Shown here: one piece after another, positions 62,878 to 64,000 of the stretch | How positions within the stretch are numbered: the stretch's first letter is position 1 | How the letters are laid out: every line of letters starts with the position of its first letter | Source: Anthoceros angustus | Taxonomy: Eukaryota > Plantae > Anthocerotophyta | Direction of reading: 5' to 3' | Assembly (NCBI GenBank): GCA_010909165.1 | Contig: MU008167.1 | Location: 1,669,262 to 1,733,261 of the forward strand | DNA length: 64,000 nucleotides | Notes under the pieces: model-generated | Told to the model about the DNA's origin: nothing | The model's input: the letters and a program-made list of their open reading frames with translations, nothing else | Databases searched by the model: none | Position numbers and translations under genes: made by a program

Positions 62878-64000
62878 CACTACAAGAAAATGAGGGTTTT
62901 TACAACGGTTTTTACAACGGGTGTTACAACGTGGCGTTGTAAAACGGCGCAACAACGCTGTAAACCGAGAGCTTCATGACGCTAAAATCACATGGCGGCC
63001 GCTGCCATGTCATTAAAGTGGTGATGTGGCGCCACATCATCGCCACATCACCAAGTGATGACATGGCATGTTGTTGCCACATGGCCTTCATTGCCACATC
63101 ATCGTGATGACATGGCATAATTTGATGACATGGCCCTCATTGCCACATCACCATGTGATGACGTGGTGCCATTTTACAAAACCATTTACAACATCCCAAT
63201 TGCAAAAGGAATTACAACATCTAAGTTTGAGACGTCTTGTGGGTACAACGCGCTTTACAACGACTGTTTACAAAACCATTTACAACATCCCAATTGCAAA
63301 AGGAATTACAACATCTAAGTTTGAGACGCCCGGTGTGGGTACAACGCTTTACAACGACTGCTTTACAAAACCATCTACAACATCCCAATTGCAAAAGGAA
63401 TTACAACATCTAAGTTTGAGACGTCGGTACAACGCGCTTTACAACGACTGTTTACAAAACCATCTACAACATCCCAATTGCAAAAGAATTACAACATCTA
63501 AGTTTGAGACGTCTCGTGGGTACAACGCGCTTTACAACGACTTTTACAAAACCATCTACAACATCCCAATTGCAAAGAATTACAACATCTAAGTTTGAGA
63601 CGTCTCGTGGGTACAACGCGCTTTACAACGACTGTTTACGCATTGGATAACAGGCTTGATCGTGCTTATCACATGTTATCCAGCCCGCGATTTGATGCGT
63701 GGTCAATACCGCTATTTCAACCGAAGTTGGCTTTAATGATCTGTCTCATTTCAATCGGAGCTTTAGGCGTCAGTAGCCAGACACCTTCGGACGTCCGCGG
63801 TTGTCGAAGATCCCGCTAGATCGCTCCACCGTTAATCCAGATACACCTGGGCCACGGCGCCATCGGTCGTACTTGGACTGCTGGACGTCTTTATGCCCGC
63901 ACGGACGGATTGGCCAAGCTGAGGATCGCTGCCGCGTTCAGGTTTTCTGGTTTCCAGCCTGGAAGCCACAAACTCGGGTCTACGATTGAGCGGTGCCCAC
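62878..64000 (+). mobile_element. Left end of a CACTA (En/Spm) DNA transposon with subterminal repeats
   Basis: CACTACAAGAAAA terminus at 62878; clustered TTACAAC/GTTGTAA and GCCACATCA/TGATGTGGC motifs; ~90-95-bp tandem units x5 at ~63172-63637. The other end lies outside the window. Confidence 0.85.

Overview
This is plant nuclear genomic DNA. The short GT-AG introns (about 60-160 bp), GC-rich exons and transposon types suggest a non-seed land plant, which is an inference. The first ~9 kb is gene space: nuclear PSBO (2 exons), mitochondrial monothiol glutaredoxin GRXS15 (5 exons), and a multi-exon minus-strand gene (or two) encoding a C2H2 finger, an AT-hook-like motif, coiled coils and a Tudor-like domain. 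From ~9 kb onward it is a repeat-rich accessory region. It holds two full-length Ty1/copia elements with target-site duplications (one with TG...TA termini), a 3.2-kb G/C-skewed minisatellite, a chromodomain Ty3/gypsy element, four copies of another LTR, the left end of a CACTA element, and shuffled, duplicated and inverted gene fragments, including at least 6 copies of an unrecognised gene family. The most notable candidate is a small secreted 8-cysteine protein gene at 16847-17285 (minus) that the ORF track splits; two single-base insertions restore it, and from recollection it resembles fungal small secreted proteins. A ~340-nt fold-back built from an inverted duplication of the multicopy family's coding sequence is also notable. 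Many frameshifts in repeats look like assembly indel errors. No CRISPR array, rRNA or tRNA was found. All analysis was by eye, with no database searches.
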